64,000 nucleotides of DNA, from the NCBI RefSeq assembly GCF_006345805.1, contig NC_043000.1, positions 48,484,001 to 48,548,000 of the forward strand. The letters are read 5' to 3'. A program made the position numbers and the translations under genes. This stretch comes from Octopus sinensis. Lineage: Eukaryota. This document shows, one piece after another, positions 14,220-28,695 of this stretch; position 1 is the stretch's first letter, and every line of letters begins with the position of its first letter. The notes beneath the pieces were generated by a model. It made no database searches and was not told where the DNA came from. It saw only the letters and a program-made list of their open reading frames with translations.

Positions 14220-14812
14220 GTGGACTTCTTTCAGCTTCCGTCATTAAATCTACTCACAAGGCTTTGGTCATCCTGAGGCCAGAGTAGAAAACATAAAGCG
14301 GCGAGCTGGCAGAAACGTTAGCACGCCGGGCGAAATGCTTAGCGGTATTTCGTCTGCTGTTACATTCTGAGTTCAAACTCCGCCGAGGTCGACTTTGCCT
14401 TTCATCCTTTCAGGGTCGATAAATTAAATACCAGTTACGCACTGGGGTTGATGTAATCGACTTTATCCGTTTGTCTGTCCTTGTTTGTCCCCTCTGTGTT
14501 TAGCCTCCTGTGGGTAGTAAAGAAATAGGTATTTCGCCTACCGTTACGTTCTGAGTTCAAATTCCGCCGAGGTCAACTTTGCCTTTCATCCTTTCGGGGT
14601 CGATAAATAAAGTACCAGTTACACACTGGGGTCGATGTAATCGACTTAATCCCGTTGTCTGTCCTTGTTTGTCTATCCATATTTAGCCCCTTGTGGGCAA
14701 TAAAGAAATATATAGTAGAAAACATTCGCCTAAGGTACCATACATTGGGACTGAAGCCTGAACCATGTGGCTGGAAAACAAACTTCTCAACACACAGCCA
14801 CGCCTGCGCTTC
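13973..14812 (-). mobile_element. SINE family B interrupted by a family A dimer
   Basis: Family B sequence on both sides; insertion flanked by TSD AGTAGAAAACAT (14283-14294, 14714-14725). Confidence 0.85.
14297..14710 (+). mobile_element. SINE family A tandem dimer (full unit plus 5'-truncated unit)
   Basis: Full unit to about 14528, then a restart at GGTATTTCG; a single TSD surrounds both units. Confidence 0.88.
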
Positions 14813-17270
14813 CAGGGAGAGATACAGGGAGCTAGATAGTTTGATAGATGTCTGTTTGACTTACGTGATATACTACTACTACTACTAGTTGTAGTTGAAT
14901 AGCTAGCATATACAATTGATTTTCTTTTGACCGAAAAAAAGATTCAAAGAGAAAGAGAAGTTACACTTTCTCTTGATCCCTTCTGACAGAACAAATTGGA
15001 ATGTACTTTCTATTGTTGCATGATGAAATTAATTTATCCATTTCTTTGACAATCGATTGGATCTGAAATACAAATTTGAACACTGTTGTTAAAGATATAA
15101 ACGGAAATAAAGCTGCTTTTCTTTCGAAGAATTAGTTGAAATTTAATTAAATATTTCCATATTAGAAGAAAATATTACCATGTTTGCCAGGAACTATCAT
15201 AATTAAAGCACAATTAACAGAAATAATTACAAATAAACTGAAAAAAAAGAAGCATGTAAGAAAACGAGGAAAATTTAGGAAAAAAATAGAACTCAATAAA
15301 ACCGCCGAAGAGAAAAGAAAAGCATATTTCTTCTCCACAGAGGAGGAAGAGGGGAAGGTATATATGTACTGAAGTGGTAGTAGTGGCAATGTGATTAGGT
15401 GGTAAAACATGGAAGGTTTTGCTTTATTGCTTTGTTATTTTGTTTTATTATTTTCTTTCAACTCACCTTAAGCAATGGACAATGAGGCGAAAATACTACA
15501 AAGGAATATGACATTTTTTTTTTAATTCGAAGCGATTAGATTACAGCGTAATGGAAAAAGCGGTAGAAAAAAGAATTAGATACTATTATTTAAGTAGTGT
15601 ACTGAAAGAAACTGGTCTTACAGAATTGATACTGTAATTAGGAGTAGTAACGTATTGTGCGTTTGGAAAACCACATATAAAAACTCATAATCTTATATAT
15701 TGCAACTGTACTTCATGATCATGCGTTTGTTATTTTCTGTAAGAAAAGGAGAGAATAAACGCTGCATTTTAAGGAAAGCGCATATCATTGTCAGTTTTCT
15801 TTTTTCTTTCTTTTATCAATTAGTTCAGTAATCGAAGACTTCATTGCTATAATCTATTAAATGAGGGAACTGTGGCTTGAAAGTTTGTTGTTTTGTAGCT
15901 AAATTGTGAATCTAATCTTTTCATGGCTCATTGAAATAGCTAATGTTTAGTACTTTGCTGAGGTTTCTTTCGCATTAAGTAGATGAAAAAAAAAAATAAG
16001 CATATATTCTTCTCGGCTGATTGTTTGATTATCAGAAGGAAATTTTACCTTGCACACATTCACTACTGTTATGCGAATTGAAATAACCTGGCAATAGATA
16101 TTCTGGACAAAAAGACCTGTCTCATTTGCAAGTAATTACAATGTCTTGGTGAGTCACTCGTTTTAACCTTAATTTAAGGGAAAATGTTCATACGTTCTAA
16201 GAGTTTCGTGCGTTAATGTATCTGCATTTAGAGAGTGTAATTTCAAATCTCAACGGTTGGTCAGCTTTCTTTTACTATATATAAATAGAAACTGCTAACG
16301 CAAGCAACTTTTTGCGGTTAATGAGACTTGCCTTATTATTATATACATTTATTCTCAAATAGTAAATTAGCTAAATATCTAGTTCTATTCATTAACTTTT
16401 AGTCTTTCCATCTGTATGCTTCGAAAGTTTATTATTATTAGCGAACAGAAATCGCTGAAAAGCCAGGAAATGCACATCTTTGTTAACGATAAAGCTGTGC
16501 GAGTAGATATACTGCCAATTTAAAATGAAGAGTGTGGGGGCAGACGTTACACGAAAAGTAAAATACAGGGTTTTATCTCCCTTACTTTGCCAGCATTGAA
16601 AATATCGTGCCGTCAATTTGATAAGATTGTAATTTTGTTCCAATTAAACATCGTTATCTAGCGCTTTCCCAGAGAAAACCTTGGAAATTATTATATCAGC
16701 TGAAAGCAGAATGTTCTAGTCCAAATTTTAGCTTTCTTCAGGGATGACGATTATTTCTTAATGATCATTTATGAAGTACATAAAACGTGCCATACACTCA
16801 AGTTTTGGGATATCACCAAATTCCGAGCTACTTTGTATTCTAGTAATTTATATTCTGAGGAACTTCTTTCTTTATTTAATCTGTTTAGAAAATGTACATC
16901 ATTTTCCTACAAAGAAACGGAAACGTAGTTCAAGAAACTCTCACGCAATTTCATTATAGTGCTAAATTCATTTGTTTTCTACATTTTGGTTTTTTTTTTC
17001 TTAGATTTCTAAACTGAATATTTCTTCATAAATAATATTTTTAATCGAGAAAAGCATCATAAAATTATAAATAAGTAGTCTTAATATTTTGCAGTTAGGT
17101 GTAGATGATCCCCAAGTTATCAATGCAATTTATTACATTGATACGTTGTAATATTTTCATATTTTCTTCCTTCATTATATATGCATGTATATGATATATA
17201 TGTATATCATATATGTATATGTACATATATGCACAAAAAATACGTATTTATTGATATACATTCATATATA

Positions 17271-17324
<54 letters not shown>

Positions 17325-17443
17325 CATACCCGTACATATATATATATATGTACAGGTAGATAGATAGACATCTTTTAGCTTTCTCATGTTCAGTCATCCG
17401 ACTGCTGCTATGCTGGTGCACACACACACACACACACACACGG

Positions 17444-17498
<55 letters not shown>

Positions 17499-18148
17499 CA
17501 TACACATACACTGAGAAAGAAAGAAAGACACACACACATATACGTATTTGGTTACTCATGAAAATGCTCTTCTTAGATGTTGTAGAGTTTATAAGAAAAG
17601 AAAGAGCTGATAACTTTGCTCTGTTTCTCGCAAGGTGTGTGTATATAATATGCGTTTTAGAATGTTCATAAACATGTCTCAGAATTCAAAGTGTTTATTA
17701 GTTGTTTCCGTACTTATTGACGAAGCTTTTAAAGTAGTAGCAATCGATGAATGCTAGCACTAATATTGTTAATTCTTTTGTTTTTGACCCCTCACCACAA
17801 TTACCCACCCCATTCTGAAATAATTTGCTTAATTAATGTCTTTAAGTTTGCTGTTTATCCCATGGACTTAAATACGATAAATGGTGGAAATAATACCAAT
17901 AATACCTATCTCATACAAAATTCGACCTTGAATAAGAAAAGTAAAGGAAAAGAAAAATCTACGGTTACTGATAGTTAGCTTTCAGATTCCAATTCCAGTA
18001 ACATTTGTACTTAGAAAGGTCTGAATAAGACGTGGCATTTATTTTTGCTTAATTTATTATAAAAAAAAAATGTTCACTCTATGGCCAGCAATGTTTATTT
18101 TCTTAATTGCTATCTTTTGCCAGAATAAAGGTAACAGCATAATGATCC

Positions 18149-19766
18149 GGCAGTGGGAATGTAGCAAGAAGTTTGCTTCCCAGCCATATGTTTCTGAGTT
18201 CAGTCCCATTGTGTGGCACCCAAGGGCAAGTGTCTTCTCTACTACAGCACCGGGCTGATCAAAGCCTCCTGAATGGATTTGGTAGACAGAGGTTGAAAGA
18301 ACCCCATCCGTGTATATATTGTTGCGAAACGGACTGGAATCGCCCGCCGTCGTCGCTCGTCCCGAACGGCTCACACAAGTTCCGCCACGGAACCCAAAGA
18401 GGCGGAGAGAGGAGATACAGATAGATACTGCCACAACCTCAACAGCACAGAGATACAGAGGCACAACCCGAGATACAACCCAAAGAGGCAAGGCAACAAC
18501 TGGCAACACTGGCTTATATTCAAACAACAGTTTATACGACAATCAATTGCTACACATCAAATACATTTAAGGCAAACAACAAATCAATACATCATACGGT
18601 ATACCACAGATCAAAGCATTTAACAACATGCATGTAACAATATAACAGTGTTCAGTAACGACACAACAAGTCCAGATCAAATAATGTTCACGATACGTCA
18701 CAGTCCAATCAGAACACTTCGATACATTATACAATGTTCGTATCACAACAATTCACGTTACAATTCAACAAGTCCTTTACTCAATTCACAATGTTCTTTA
18801 TCGACTACATCGACAGAGTCCTTCTTTTTCTCTCTTCTTTCTCTTCTTTTACAGTCTCTTTACCTCGTGACACATATCAATGCACAAACACATACCTTAA
18901 TTCCTAACTGAATCTGCCAGTGTCCCATTCCTCTGAATACTGCTAAATCCTTCTGTACATATCCCTTCTGCATATTCCAATCGCTTGCTCCTCAAATCCC
19001 AAGATCCCTGCTGATCTGTCCAAGATCCGTCTGTGTTCTTCCACGACCGCTCAACCGACCGCAAGATCCGTCTGTGTTCTTCGACGACCGCTCAACGACT
19101 GCCAAGACCTCACTTCGTCTCTGTCCTTCTTCCACTCCCTCATCTCCCTCTGTCTATATCGCTCTTACCCTTTCTAACTGCCCTGGTCCTTATACCCTAT
19201 CTATATCGCCTGCTGTCTCTTAGCCTTTCTATTTGCTATCTGATTCCTTACTCTATCTATATCGCCTGCTGTCTCTTAGCCTCTCCATCCGTCCCCTACT
19301 GCTTATACCCTATCTCTAGTTGCTCTCAGCCCTTAATCTGTCCCTTTCACTTGTATTCTCGCTGACCCTCTTATCAACCACACGAGGTCACAGGTCATTC
19401 CAAAACCCATCAGTCCTCCATTAGACAAAGAACCCGTCACTTTTCACCAGACATACTGGAACCATTATTCCTATGTGGGTCACCAGAAACACTACACTAA
19501 TTAAACCCGAAATGCACTTAGCCAACCGTAACAATATATTATGTGAGTGTGTATGTCTGTGTATATCTATGTGTCTGTGTCTGTCTTCTTGATTATCTCC
19601 TATTATAGATTGACAAATTGTGTTGATTTCTTTAGCAGTCCAGTAAAAGACACAGATAGAATAAGTATCAGGTATAAAAAATAAATACTGCGGTGGATTT
19701 GATCCGCTAGACACTTTCAAGTGGGGTCACATCATTGCCGCAAGCCAGTAAATGAAACAGGTAAAT
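18149..19766 (+). mobile_element. SINE family B split by a solo LTR
   Basis: 5' half 18149-18319 (GAGTTCAGTCCCATTGTGTGGCACC...GGATTTGGTAGAC); 3' half 19534-19766 (GATAGAATAAGTA...TGAAACAGGTAAA). Confidence 0.78.
18320..19533. mobile_element. Solo LTR (Gypsy/BEL-like), 1214 bp
   Basis: Termini TGTTGCG...CGTAACA (TG..CA short inverted ends) flanked by ATATAT on both sides. Interrupts a SINE precisely. Internal ~40-bp and ~30-bp duplications; no coding similarity seen. Confidence 0.8.
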
Positions 19767-19990
19767 GGGGTCAAATTGAAAATAAAGCATCCTCAAAGTT
19801 TAGATTGTGGCTAAGCTGGAGCACTGCCTCCAAGTTTATTCGTAGATGATGCCGAACTCAATCAATCTTTTGTGTAGTATTTATTTTCTGATTCGAGTAA
19901 GGGACGAAAATTGAAGTAAACCTTAGTGCGAAGGGACGTAACTCGATCCACTGTGGAATTTTTGTTCGAAGCACATACTTTGTTCACATG

Positions 19991-20330
19991 ATAGAGAAGG
20001 TTGATAGCTACGGACCACTCAGGAGAAGTTTGAAGATCCAGTATTCAAGGCATACGTTCGGCTTCACACCCGTTATAGTTGGAGCTACAGGTAATATACT
20101 AGACCAAAGTATAACTGAACTTTGATTTGTGGAGAAAGACCGTAGATGCTTAATTCATAAGCTACAAATGGCCACGACTTCTGGAACCTTCAAAATGTGT
20201 AAAACGTTCTTACGATTAAAGGATGAATACTTACATTACACGAGAGACGACGACAGTTTCCTTTCCTTTACAACCTTCCCACCTGGAAGGTTGCCGGTCA
20301 AAAATAAGCTAAAATTAAGAGAAAAATAGA
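19991..20330 (+). pseudogene. 3' fragment of a restriction-like-endonuclease non-LTR retrotransposon (R4/Dong-like)
   Basis: Frame from 19991 reads EKVDSYGPLRRSLKIQYSRHTFGFTPVIVGATG...EL*F...LIHKLQMATTSGTFKMCKTFL. This resembles the RLE C-terminus (K..Y..L...P(I/V)I(V/I)GA.G); one in-frame stop. Confidence 0.65.
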
Positions 20331-20685
20331 ATACATACATACGCATGTCCGTCCGTCCGTCCGTCCGTCCGTCCATCCATCCATCCATCCATCCATCCAT
20401 CCATCCATCCATCCATCATCCATCCATCCATGCATGCATGCATGCATGCATGCATGCATGCATGCATGCAGCATGCATGCATGCATGCATGCATGCATAC
20501 ATACATACATACATACATACATACATACATACATACATACATACATACATACATACATACTACATACATACATACTACATACATACATACATACATACAT
20601 ACATACATACATACATACATACATACATACTACATACATACATACATACATATATATATACATACATATATACATACATATATGT
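20331..20685. repeat. Graded compound microsatellite (GTCC)n-(ATCC)n-(ATGC)n-(ATAC)n
   Basis: Directly visible; each block differs from the next by one base. Confidence 0.95.
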
Positions 20686-20844
20686 GTGCGTATATAATTT
20701 TATGTATATGTTTATATATACATATGATTGACAGAATCATAAGATTGTTGGTTAGAATACTTTGCCATATTTGTTCTGAATTTTGAGATTTGATTTCAAA
20801 TGCCACCGCGTCAACGTTGTTTTTCATTCAGAAAGAATAAATAT

Positions 20845-21057
20845 ACTTTGCTACTCTAGGCACATCCCCCGAAATTCTGGGGGAGGGGCCCAGTCGATTA
20901 GATCAACTCCAGTACGCAACTGGTACTTAATTTATCGACCCAGAAAGGATAAAAGGCCAAGTCAACCTCGGCGGAATTTGAACTCAGAACGTAAAGATAG
21001 GCGAAATACCACTAATAATTTCGCCGGGCGTGCTAACGTTTCTGGCAGCTCGCCGCC
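20845..21057 (-). mobile_element. SINE family A variant with alternative 3' tail
   Basis: Head and core match family A; tail differs (CCCCTCCCCCAGAATTTCGGGGG...). Confidence 0.85.
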
Positions 21058-24000
21058 TTAAAAGGAATGAATATGGCATTATCCTAGAGTTGTTAAAACC
21101 GTGTTTTTTTTCTAACTGTTACACTGTAGTTGTTCCACTGTTTGTAGAGCTAAGAGGATGGATGTCTGCATCTGCTCGCCACTAATAGCACCCCACCTCC
21201 AAACCACTAGCATAAGTTTGGTACATTCTAAGACCAAGCTATTAGATTGCGATTAGACTGCGGACCGTAGCTACACACATACAGACACACACACGCTCTC
21301 TCTCTCGTGCAAAACACAACACAGCTACAGGCCTTAGAACACGTTTCCGTCTAGAAAATTTCACTCACAAGCTTCTGGCTGACCCGATGCAATGCTAGAA
21401 ATTCATGTCTTAAAATGTATATTGGGATCGAATTCGGAAGTACAAAATTACGAAGCGACCTTTTCAACTAAACGACTATGTCTCCACCAAAGATCTGACT
21501 TCGGTCTGAATATTACTACACTGATTCCTTGCTTCTACCAACAGAAAAAGCTTTCTATCATGTGAGAAGCAAAAACAAACTCAATCTACAAGCCAGTTGA
21601 CTCCAGTAGCTCTAGCTCAATTGCAGATTAGGTCGATATTACAGAAAAGAAGAATAGAAAAAGAAAAGAAGCTTTCATCCTGCTTTTAAAAAGTAATGTA
21701 GTATTTAACATGACACTATTGTTAAAATAAATAGAAAAACCTTATTTCTTTTAAATATAACAGACACTTGCAACCACTACTGCTGCAGGTGCTGTTGATA
21801 GAACAGCTATTGTTGCATATGTACTTACGGTTCAGAATAATACATATAACTGACTATTGTAGAACTGCAATTCACTGTAGTGCACCATCAAACTTAAAGC
21901 GCAAGTTTTCAAAATCAAGGGGCATTGTATTAATCAGAAGTTTTCATTTATACTAAATAGAGAAACTGACCACATCGTACGTAACAAACGTTATACAATA
22001 TTGCACGAAAGAGAACTTGAAAACAAAATTTCAAGTGAATTGATTGAAGAAGAAAGTATATAAAAAAGAAAATCCTACATAAAAACTAACAACCGCTGAA
22101 AAGTGAGTAGATGAAAGCGCTCTCAAATTACAAATCGAAAGTTGAGGATAATGTAATATTTGAGAGCAGAACAGTTAACTTCAAAATCAATAGATGATAA
22201 TAAAAAGTAAACATATGCATGTCATGCACTAGTTATGTTCACTCGACGCTTTACAATGTTGTGTAGCGAAGTTAAGAAGCTACATGATCGTATTTACTAT
22301 TTATAAGTTACTCGGACTTCAAAGATAATTTAGTACATTATCTAGGTTAAATGAGTCGTTTCAAAATAAGTAAGTAAAGAGAAACACTTAAACACTTACA
22401 ATGTTACGTAAGTAAAAATATTGCTAAATATTCCAACTATTATTTGTCAGAAGCGCCATACTGCTGCATTTGCATTCTCAGCAAATTTTAAAAATAGATT
22501 TGTGGTTTCGAATCTCGAATGAAATTTTCAGTTGATATATGTTACGAATTCACTTGCAAAAGATGTGAAGACCTAATTTCTTATTTTCGAAATAAACTGA
22601 TATTTCAACACAGAAGAAATCCATTTTCATTTGATTCTATGGTCCAGTTTCACTTGAAATTAATTTTTATTCAATTTCATTTTCATCTATTAAATTTTAC
22701 TGACTCATTTAACAGAACTAGAAATTCTAAAGTACATCTTTACCAGAAAGTGATAAAATATTCTTTAATTAGATGTAACGTCATAAATGTTGTTTCGTGT
22801 TAGTTTATTATATAGTTGTGAGAGCTGAGAGTATTACATGCACCAATAAATCAAATAAATGGGAAGTTGTGATGGTCATTACGAACCTAAGTCAAAAGAA
22901 ATGGCAGCAAATCATGAGCAAAAAAAAAAGGAAATGGATTCCAGAGACATGTATTAAGTTACAATAAAAGAGAAGAAAGGACATCAGATAGTGTGGCGTT
23001 ATGCCTATCTTGGTGGTTTTAGCGATCTAAGGGAAATGATCTAGACAGAATTCTAAGTCGGTATTTAGAATTTGTTCAGCTCAAATAATCCATACCCTGA
23101 GACTGTTTCATGAAATGGAAATTTCTACTTCAATATCTGCGTTTTAGATACCAAGTATGAAGCTCGGATTAATAAACTGTATTTATTTTCCTTGTATATT
23201 TTTCAGAACTTCGTTGCGTAATGTGGAAACTACAATAGTATTCTTTCTTCTTATACAGATCTATTTGGCTATTTCAATTGCTGTAGCGTTATTATTTACC
23301 ATCTTATGTTTATTTATATCCTCTTTTAAACGATTTTTCTTTTAGCCAGCCATTCTTTTTTAGCATGGACTCCTGAGAATTCTAATTATATGCAAACTAG
23401 GAATTTCTAGTTTATGTGTCCCATATCTTTTATCCCATGTCTTTTGTAAGTGTGTTAATTGAATATTCCTATATCGGCAAAAAAACAATATAATTTCAAA
23501 TGGTTCATTGTATTTATATTTAATTTGCTTTGCTGATCTCATTTCCGGGAGTTGATTTATTGCCTAGAGAGTTATTCCAAATCAATTGATTCAGTTGGAA
23601 TCGATTTCTGGGAAGTTGACTCAAATGTTTAAATAACAATTCTATTTTGGTTCTGACAAAGTTTACTTAGCTTCATTTGGGTTCTCGTAGTAACCATATT
23701 TTGAATCTTCTAATGTAAGATCAGAAGCTATTTTGTAGCGATTGTAGTCCATGAAAGTGGTAGAATAATTTATTACTTGTAACTGTATATAGAAAGTATA
23801 GAAATAGTTATATACTTTCTAAAGATTACAAATATATTGGGTGTATCGGTTATATTAAATTACATCGTGCTTTAAGTTTCGGGCCAATATGTTTGAAGGT
23901 TGATTTGTTCGTAGAAACAGTAGACGTTTTTCAAACAGTGCATGTCACATTCCGACGGAAAAGATTTCCATTTTAACTCTATTATCTAGAATTGTTTTTA

Positions 24001-24982
24001 TCGCAGAAAAATAGCCGTGCAGTGAAGCCCTAAAAGGAAATGAACAAACAGTATTTCCAAAAACGTGACACAATCGAATTCAAAAGACACAGAGTTCAGT
24101 AGCGTAATAAAAGTAAAACTAATAAATAATGTATTTTATATTATGAAGAGGATCAATTTCTGAATGGAAGAGATGTAATATTTTTTAAAAAATGCCTTAC
24201 TTTAATATATTACTAGCATATATCGAGCTGGAAAGGAAAAAAAAACGGCAGAGTCGATTATGACAAGGTTTGAATTCCTTACATGAAGGGTTGAAACTAA
24301 ATACTGTATGATATTCAGATCACCACTGTAATGTTTCTATCAATTCAATAAATAATAGCAATGCTCTGTTCATGTCTTGTATATCTGTTTTTATATACAT
24401 TCCATAAATGCATTTTTAATGCTTCATATCATGATGGAAATTTCTATAGCATTTGATTTAGGTTCGACACAATATTATATATTGATGATTTTTTTCCTTT
24501 CATTTTTCCCCACATATAGTATATTTATACCCCTCACAGTTTTCCCACTCCCTCTCTCTCTTTCTTTCTCTCTCTCTTTCTATTTATTTCTATCACATAT
24601 CTTCATTCTCTTTTGATTATTCTTCCACAAAGCCTAACTGCAGTGCTTTTACCATGTCGTTTCAGTGTTAAGAGAAACTATACACGTATGTATATTCAGA
24701 TGTACATTTCTCTTCTCTATCATGTAGGAGTTTATACTTTAGAGATAATTTATATATATTTAGGTTTTACCCTGAACTTTACAGCATTATTATATTTCCT
24801 TTCACACCGCTCTTTATGATGACTTCGTTATTCAAAAGGATAGATTGAAACTGTGGTTGTTGAGGAGATAAAATAATTAATTTATACACGGGCACGCACA
24901 CACACGATATCCATATAGAAATTTTTCTTCCACTTCTTTCTACACAAAATGAATGAACGAACCAATACATATACATAAATAC

Positions 24983-25068
<86 letters not shown>

Positions 25069-25117
25069 GTTTTATATATATATATATGTATATATATACT
25101 TTTATATATATATGTAC

Positions 25118-25173
<56 letters not shown>

Positions 25174-25218
25174 TATTTTGTTTCTCTCTAGTATCAGCTC
25201 AAAGCTGCGGCCATGCTG

Positions 25219-25264
<46 letters not shown>

Positions 25265-26211
25265 TCACTCATTTACTTTGTAAAGCGGACATAAATAGAG
25301 TGAAAATTGTTTTTTTGTTTCGTTCTTCAAATTACTACTAACCAGTAAAGAAGTAAAACTGATATTCTCTCTATACGTATTTAATAATAACAATACCGCA
25401 TCTGAAGCTGGACGCCTGTTTCAGTATAGGATGTCGTTTCAGTGCAGAGAGTTACATCATATTATATTTGTGCAGTTCAGCAACAAAGAAAATTAAATTA
25501 AGGCAAAACAACATCTCTGTGTTGTTTTCAGTTCAGAAAGTCAGAGCTATGTGTAACTTAAAATAGAAACGATGGATAATTATTTCGTTTTTTTTTTTTT
25601 TATTTCTGCCCAAATTATGGGGTAGCTGATCAGAAATTGAAATATTGGATAAGATTACTTGCGGAAAATATAAATCTTCTTTTGTCTTTGTCTTTTTTTT
25701 CCCTTCTATTTCAGTCACTCTGTATTCTGACCGCTGTCTGGAAGATGTGCATGACGTACCTTCGTCAGATTGTAGTCGACATTTTTTTGTTCTGAAAAGT
25801 TCTGGGTTCGTTATTCACTTACACGGATGAGAATAGCGAGTGAAATTCTTTATTGTTGAAATTATTACGAACAAATAAATTAGTGAAGACAATATAGTAA
25901 AGATTATGAATAATACAAAACGAACGCCTGTTTCGACATGAAGTGATTTTTGCAATACTGGGACAGCTTACATTACGTTGTTCCTGTAATTCAAGACAAA
26001 AATTGAATAAATAAAATGCCAATTAACGCTCTGTGTAGATTAAAATTATATTCTGTTATTGGAAAGTTATGTCCCATTGACTGGAGAGACGGTCAACGAA
26101 GCAGAGTGATGAGTCAGATAATGAAACATTCAGAGATTGGGAAGATATACCGAGCTTTTTATTGTTTATATTTTATATATGTATTCATGTTCGCGTGCGT
26201 GCCCATACTGC

Positions 26212-26345
<134 letters not shown>

Positions 26346-26349
26346 AGTA

Positions 26350-26579
26350 TGTATGTGTGTTTATATGTTTGTGTGTCTGTGTTTGTCTCCCCAACATCGC
26401 TTGACAACCGATGCTGCTTTGTTTACGTCCCCGTAACTTAGCGGTTCGGTAAAAGTGGCCGATAGAATAAGTACTAGGCTTACAAAGAATAAGTTATGTG
26501 GTCTATTTGCTCGACTAAAAGCCGGTGCTCCAGCATTGCCATAGTCAAGTGAGTGAAACAAGTAAAAGAATAAAAGAAT
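26350..26579 (+). mobile_element. SINE family B, 3' half
   Basis: CATCGCTTGACAACCGATGCTG...GGTGCTCCAGCAT...(AAAAGAAT)n tail. Confidence 0.85.
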
Positions 26580-27735
26580 ATATATATATATATAAATTTA
26601 CTCTATTGTTTTATTGGTTTCAGCTATTAGATACTGGAAGCGTGTTAATTAACCAAAGTAATGAAGTGTTCTAGTGACTAGATTGCAAGTTTACATGCGT
26701 AAATGGTCATTAAACGAGAGGATCTAGTCACGCAATGAAGCTAAATAGATGTTTATGAAACTCGTGCATATAAACTTATTTGCAAATTATTCTCACATGC
26801 AGAATTAGATTTGTTTTAGACTTCTAGATTATTGAATCCATCTCCTTGCATGTGAACCTGGCATACATATATACACCTATATTTGCAACTAGTTTTCTAT
26901 ATATTATTTTCATCTTGGATGTAAAATTCTTCTATCACATTTATTTCTCTCCTTTCAATTTTCCTTTGAAGAAGGACATTGTTTGAAACGTTAGACTCTT
27001 CACTCCTGATAGCAAGTCAACTGCACTCTTTTTAACGATATTTCTATATAGTTTACACTTACTACGGTTTTGTCATTCTATACTATATGCCCCAAAGTAA
27101 CTGCATATTCTTACTGAATCAACCTTACAAAACTGTTTAGCTATTATTTCATTTGCTTTGGTGTATTCTCAATTTTGTAGCAACAGACCAAAATATTTGT
27201 CTCTATTTTATGAACAGTTACCTTGGTCTCGAGGTTATCTTGTTAATAGAATCAATAACTGTATGCAAAGATATTTAACTTAGCATGAGTAATTATCAGA
27301 GAATGCCACAATGGGGAATAGTTTCTATTTCTTATAAATTAATATTTCGTAATGTAATTAATTGTAAAGTTAATTATTGTAATGTATTACGTGGTTAAGT
27401 ATTGGCGTTATTGAGAGCAAGCATGCTGAGAGATTGCGTCTGAAGATTTGCCAGAATGGTAAATAGAATATAGATAAAAGTGTGCTAAAAGTGCCACAGC
27501 AAATGTCTATATCATTATTTTGTGATGGCATGATGGTCAGTTCAGTTTGCTAATGACAGATCAATGAAGGTCAAATCAGTTTTGAGTTTATAACGTTAGG
27601 CTGCCATTTACTATAACTGTTTCAAAGTGAAATTTCCCTATTTATACTGAAATTTCTTATTTGGGTTGTAGGAATAAATACTGAAATGGTCTAGCCAACG
27701 AAGATATTTTCGGAGATATTATTTGTTACAGATAG

Positions 27736-27966
27736 GGCGGCGAGCTGGCAGAATTGTTAGCACGCCGGGCGAAATGCTTAGCGGTATTTCGTCTGTCGTT
27801 ACGTTCTGAGTTCAAATTCCACCGAGGTCGACTTTGCCTTTCATCCTTTCGGAGTCGATAAATTAAGCACCAGTTAATCACTGGGGTCGACTTAATCTAC
27901 TTAATCCCTTTGTCTGTCCATGTTTGTTCCCTCTATGTTTAGCCCCTGGTGGGCAATAAAGAAATT
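27736..27966 (+). mobile_element. SINE family A, full length
   Basis: GGCGGCGAGCTGGCAGAATTGTTAGC ... GTGGGCAATAAAGAAAT. Confidence 0.9.
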
Positions 27967-28440
27967 AGATCGCAAACAACTTTTACTCAAATAACATTCT
28001 ACCATTTAAAAATGGTAAGGAAATAATAGATAACGGTGTTCTAGATATATAATGTCTATGTGAAAGACGAGGAAGTCACGGCCAGAATACCCGATCAAGG
28101 CAGCTATGGGATTAAAGACCAAAAACTTCAACGTTAATAACGATAACGACAAAACTAGATTGGTCAGAATTATTTGACACTAATGTAATAAGCGGCGAGT
28201 TAACTGTTTAGATTCCACCGAACATTATAGCGAAGAGAATAGTGAAAATTACGGTTGACACAACGCAGGCATGTATGTGGAGTTTAACTATGACTCGTCT
28301 TGTCGTGCTTGACGTTTGGTACATTGGGTATTTTCTTCATTATACTCTAATTACCCAATGGAAACAGTGTGGGAGCTCACTTACCACACTCGCACGCGCA
28401 CAAATATATGCGTTAGTATATTCCATTACAGAAGATATGT

Positions 28441-28695
28441 GAAGGTGTGTGACTTAGTGGTTAGGGTGTCAGCATCATGATCATAAGATTGTGGTTTCGA
28501 TTCCTGAACCGGGCGACGCGTTGTGTTCTTGAGCAAAACACTTCATTTCACGTTGCTCCAGTCCACTCAGCTGGCAAAAATGAGTAACGCTGCGATGGAC
28601 TTGCATCCCATCCAGCTGGGGAACACATACGCCATTGAAACCGGGAAACCGGGCCCATGAGCCTGGCTAGGTTTTAAAAGGGCGCATTTATTATT
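28441..28695 (+). mobile_element. tRNA-derived SINE, family C1
   Basis: A box TGACTTAGTGGTTAG, B box GGTTTCGATTCC, central GTTGTGTTCTTGAGCAAAACACTT, then GCGATGGACTTGCATCCCATCCAG and a (TTA)n tail. Confidence 0.8.

Noticed and set aside
18950-19330. CRISPR-like repeats
   Set aside because: Only two copies per motif inside an LTR; eukaryotic context with no spacer array or cas genes.
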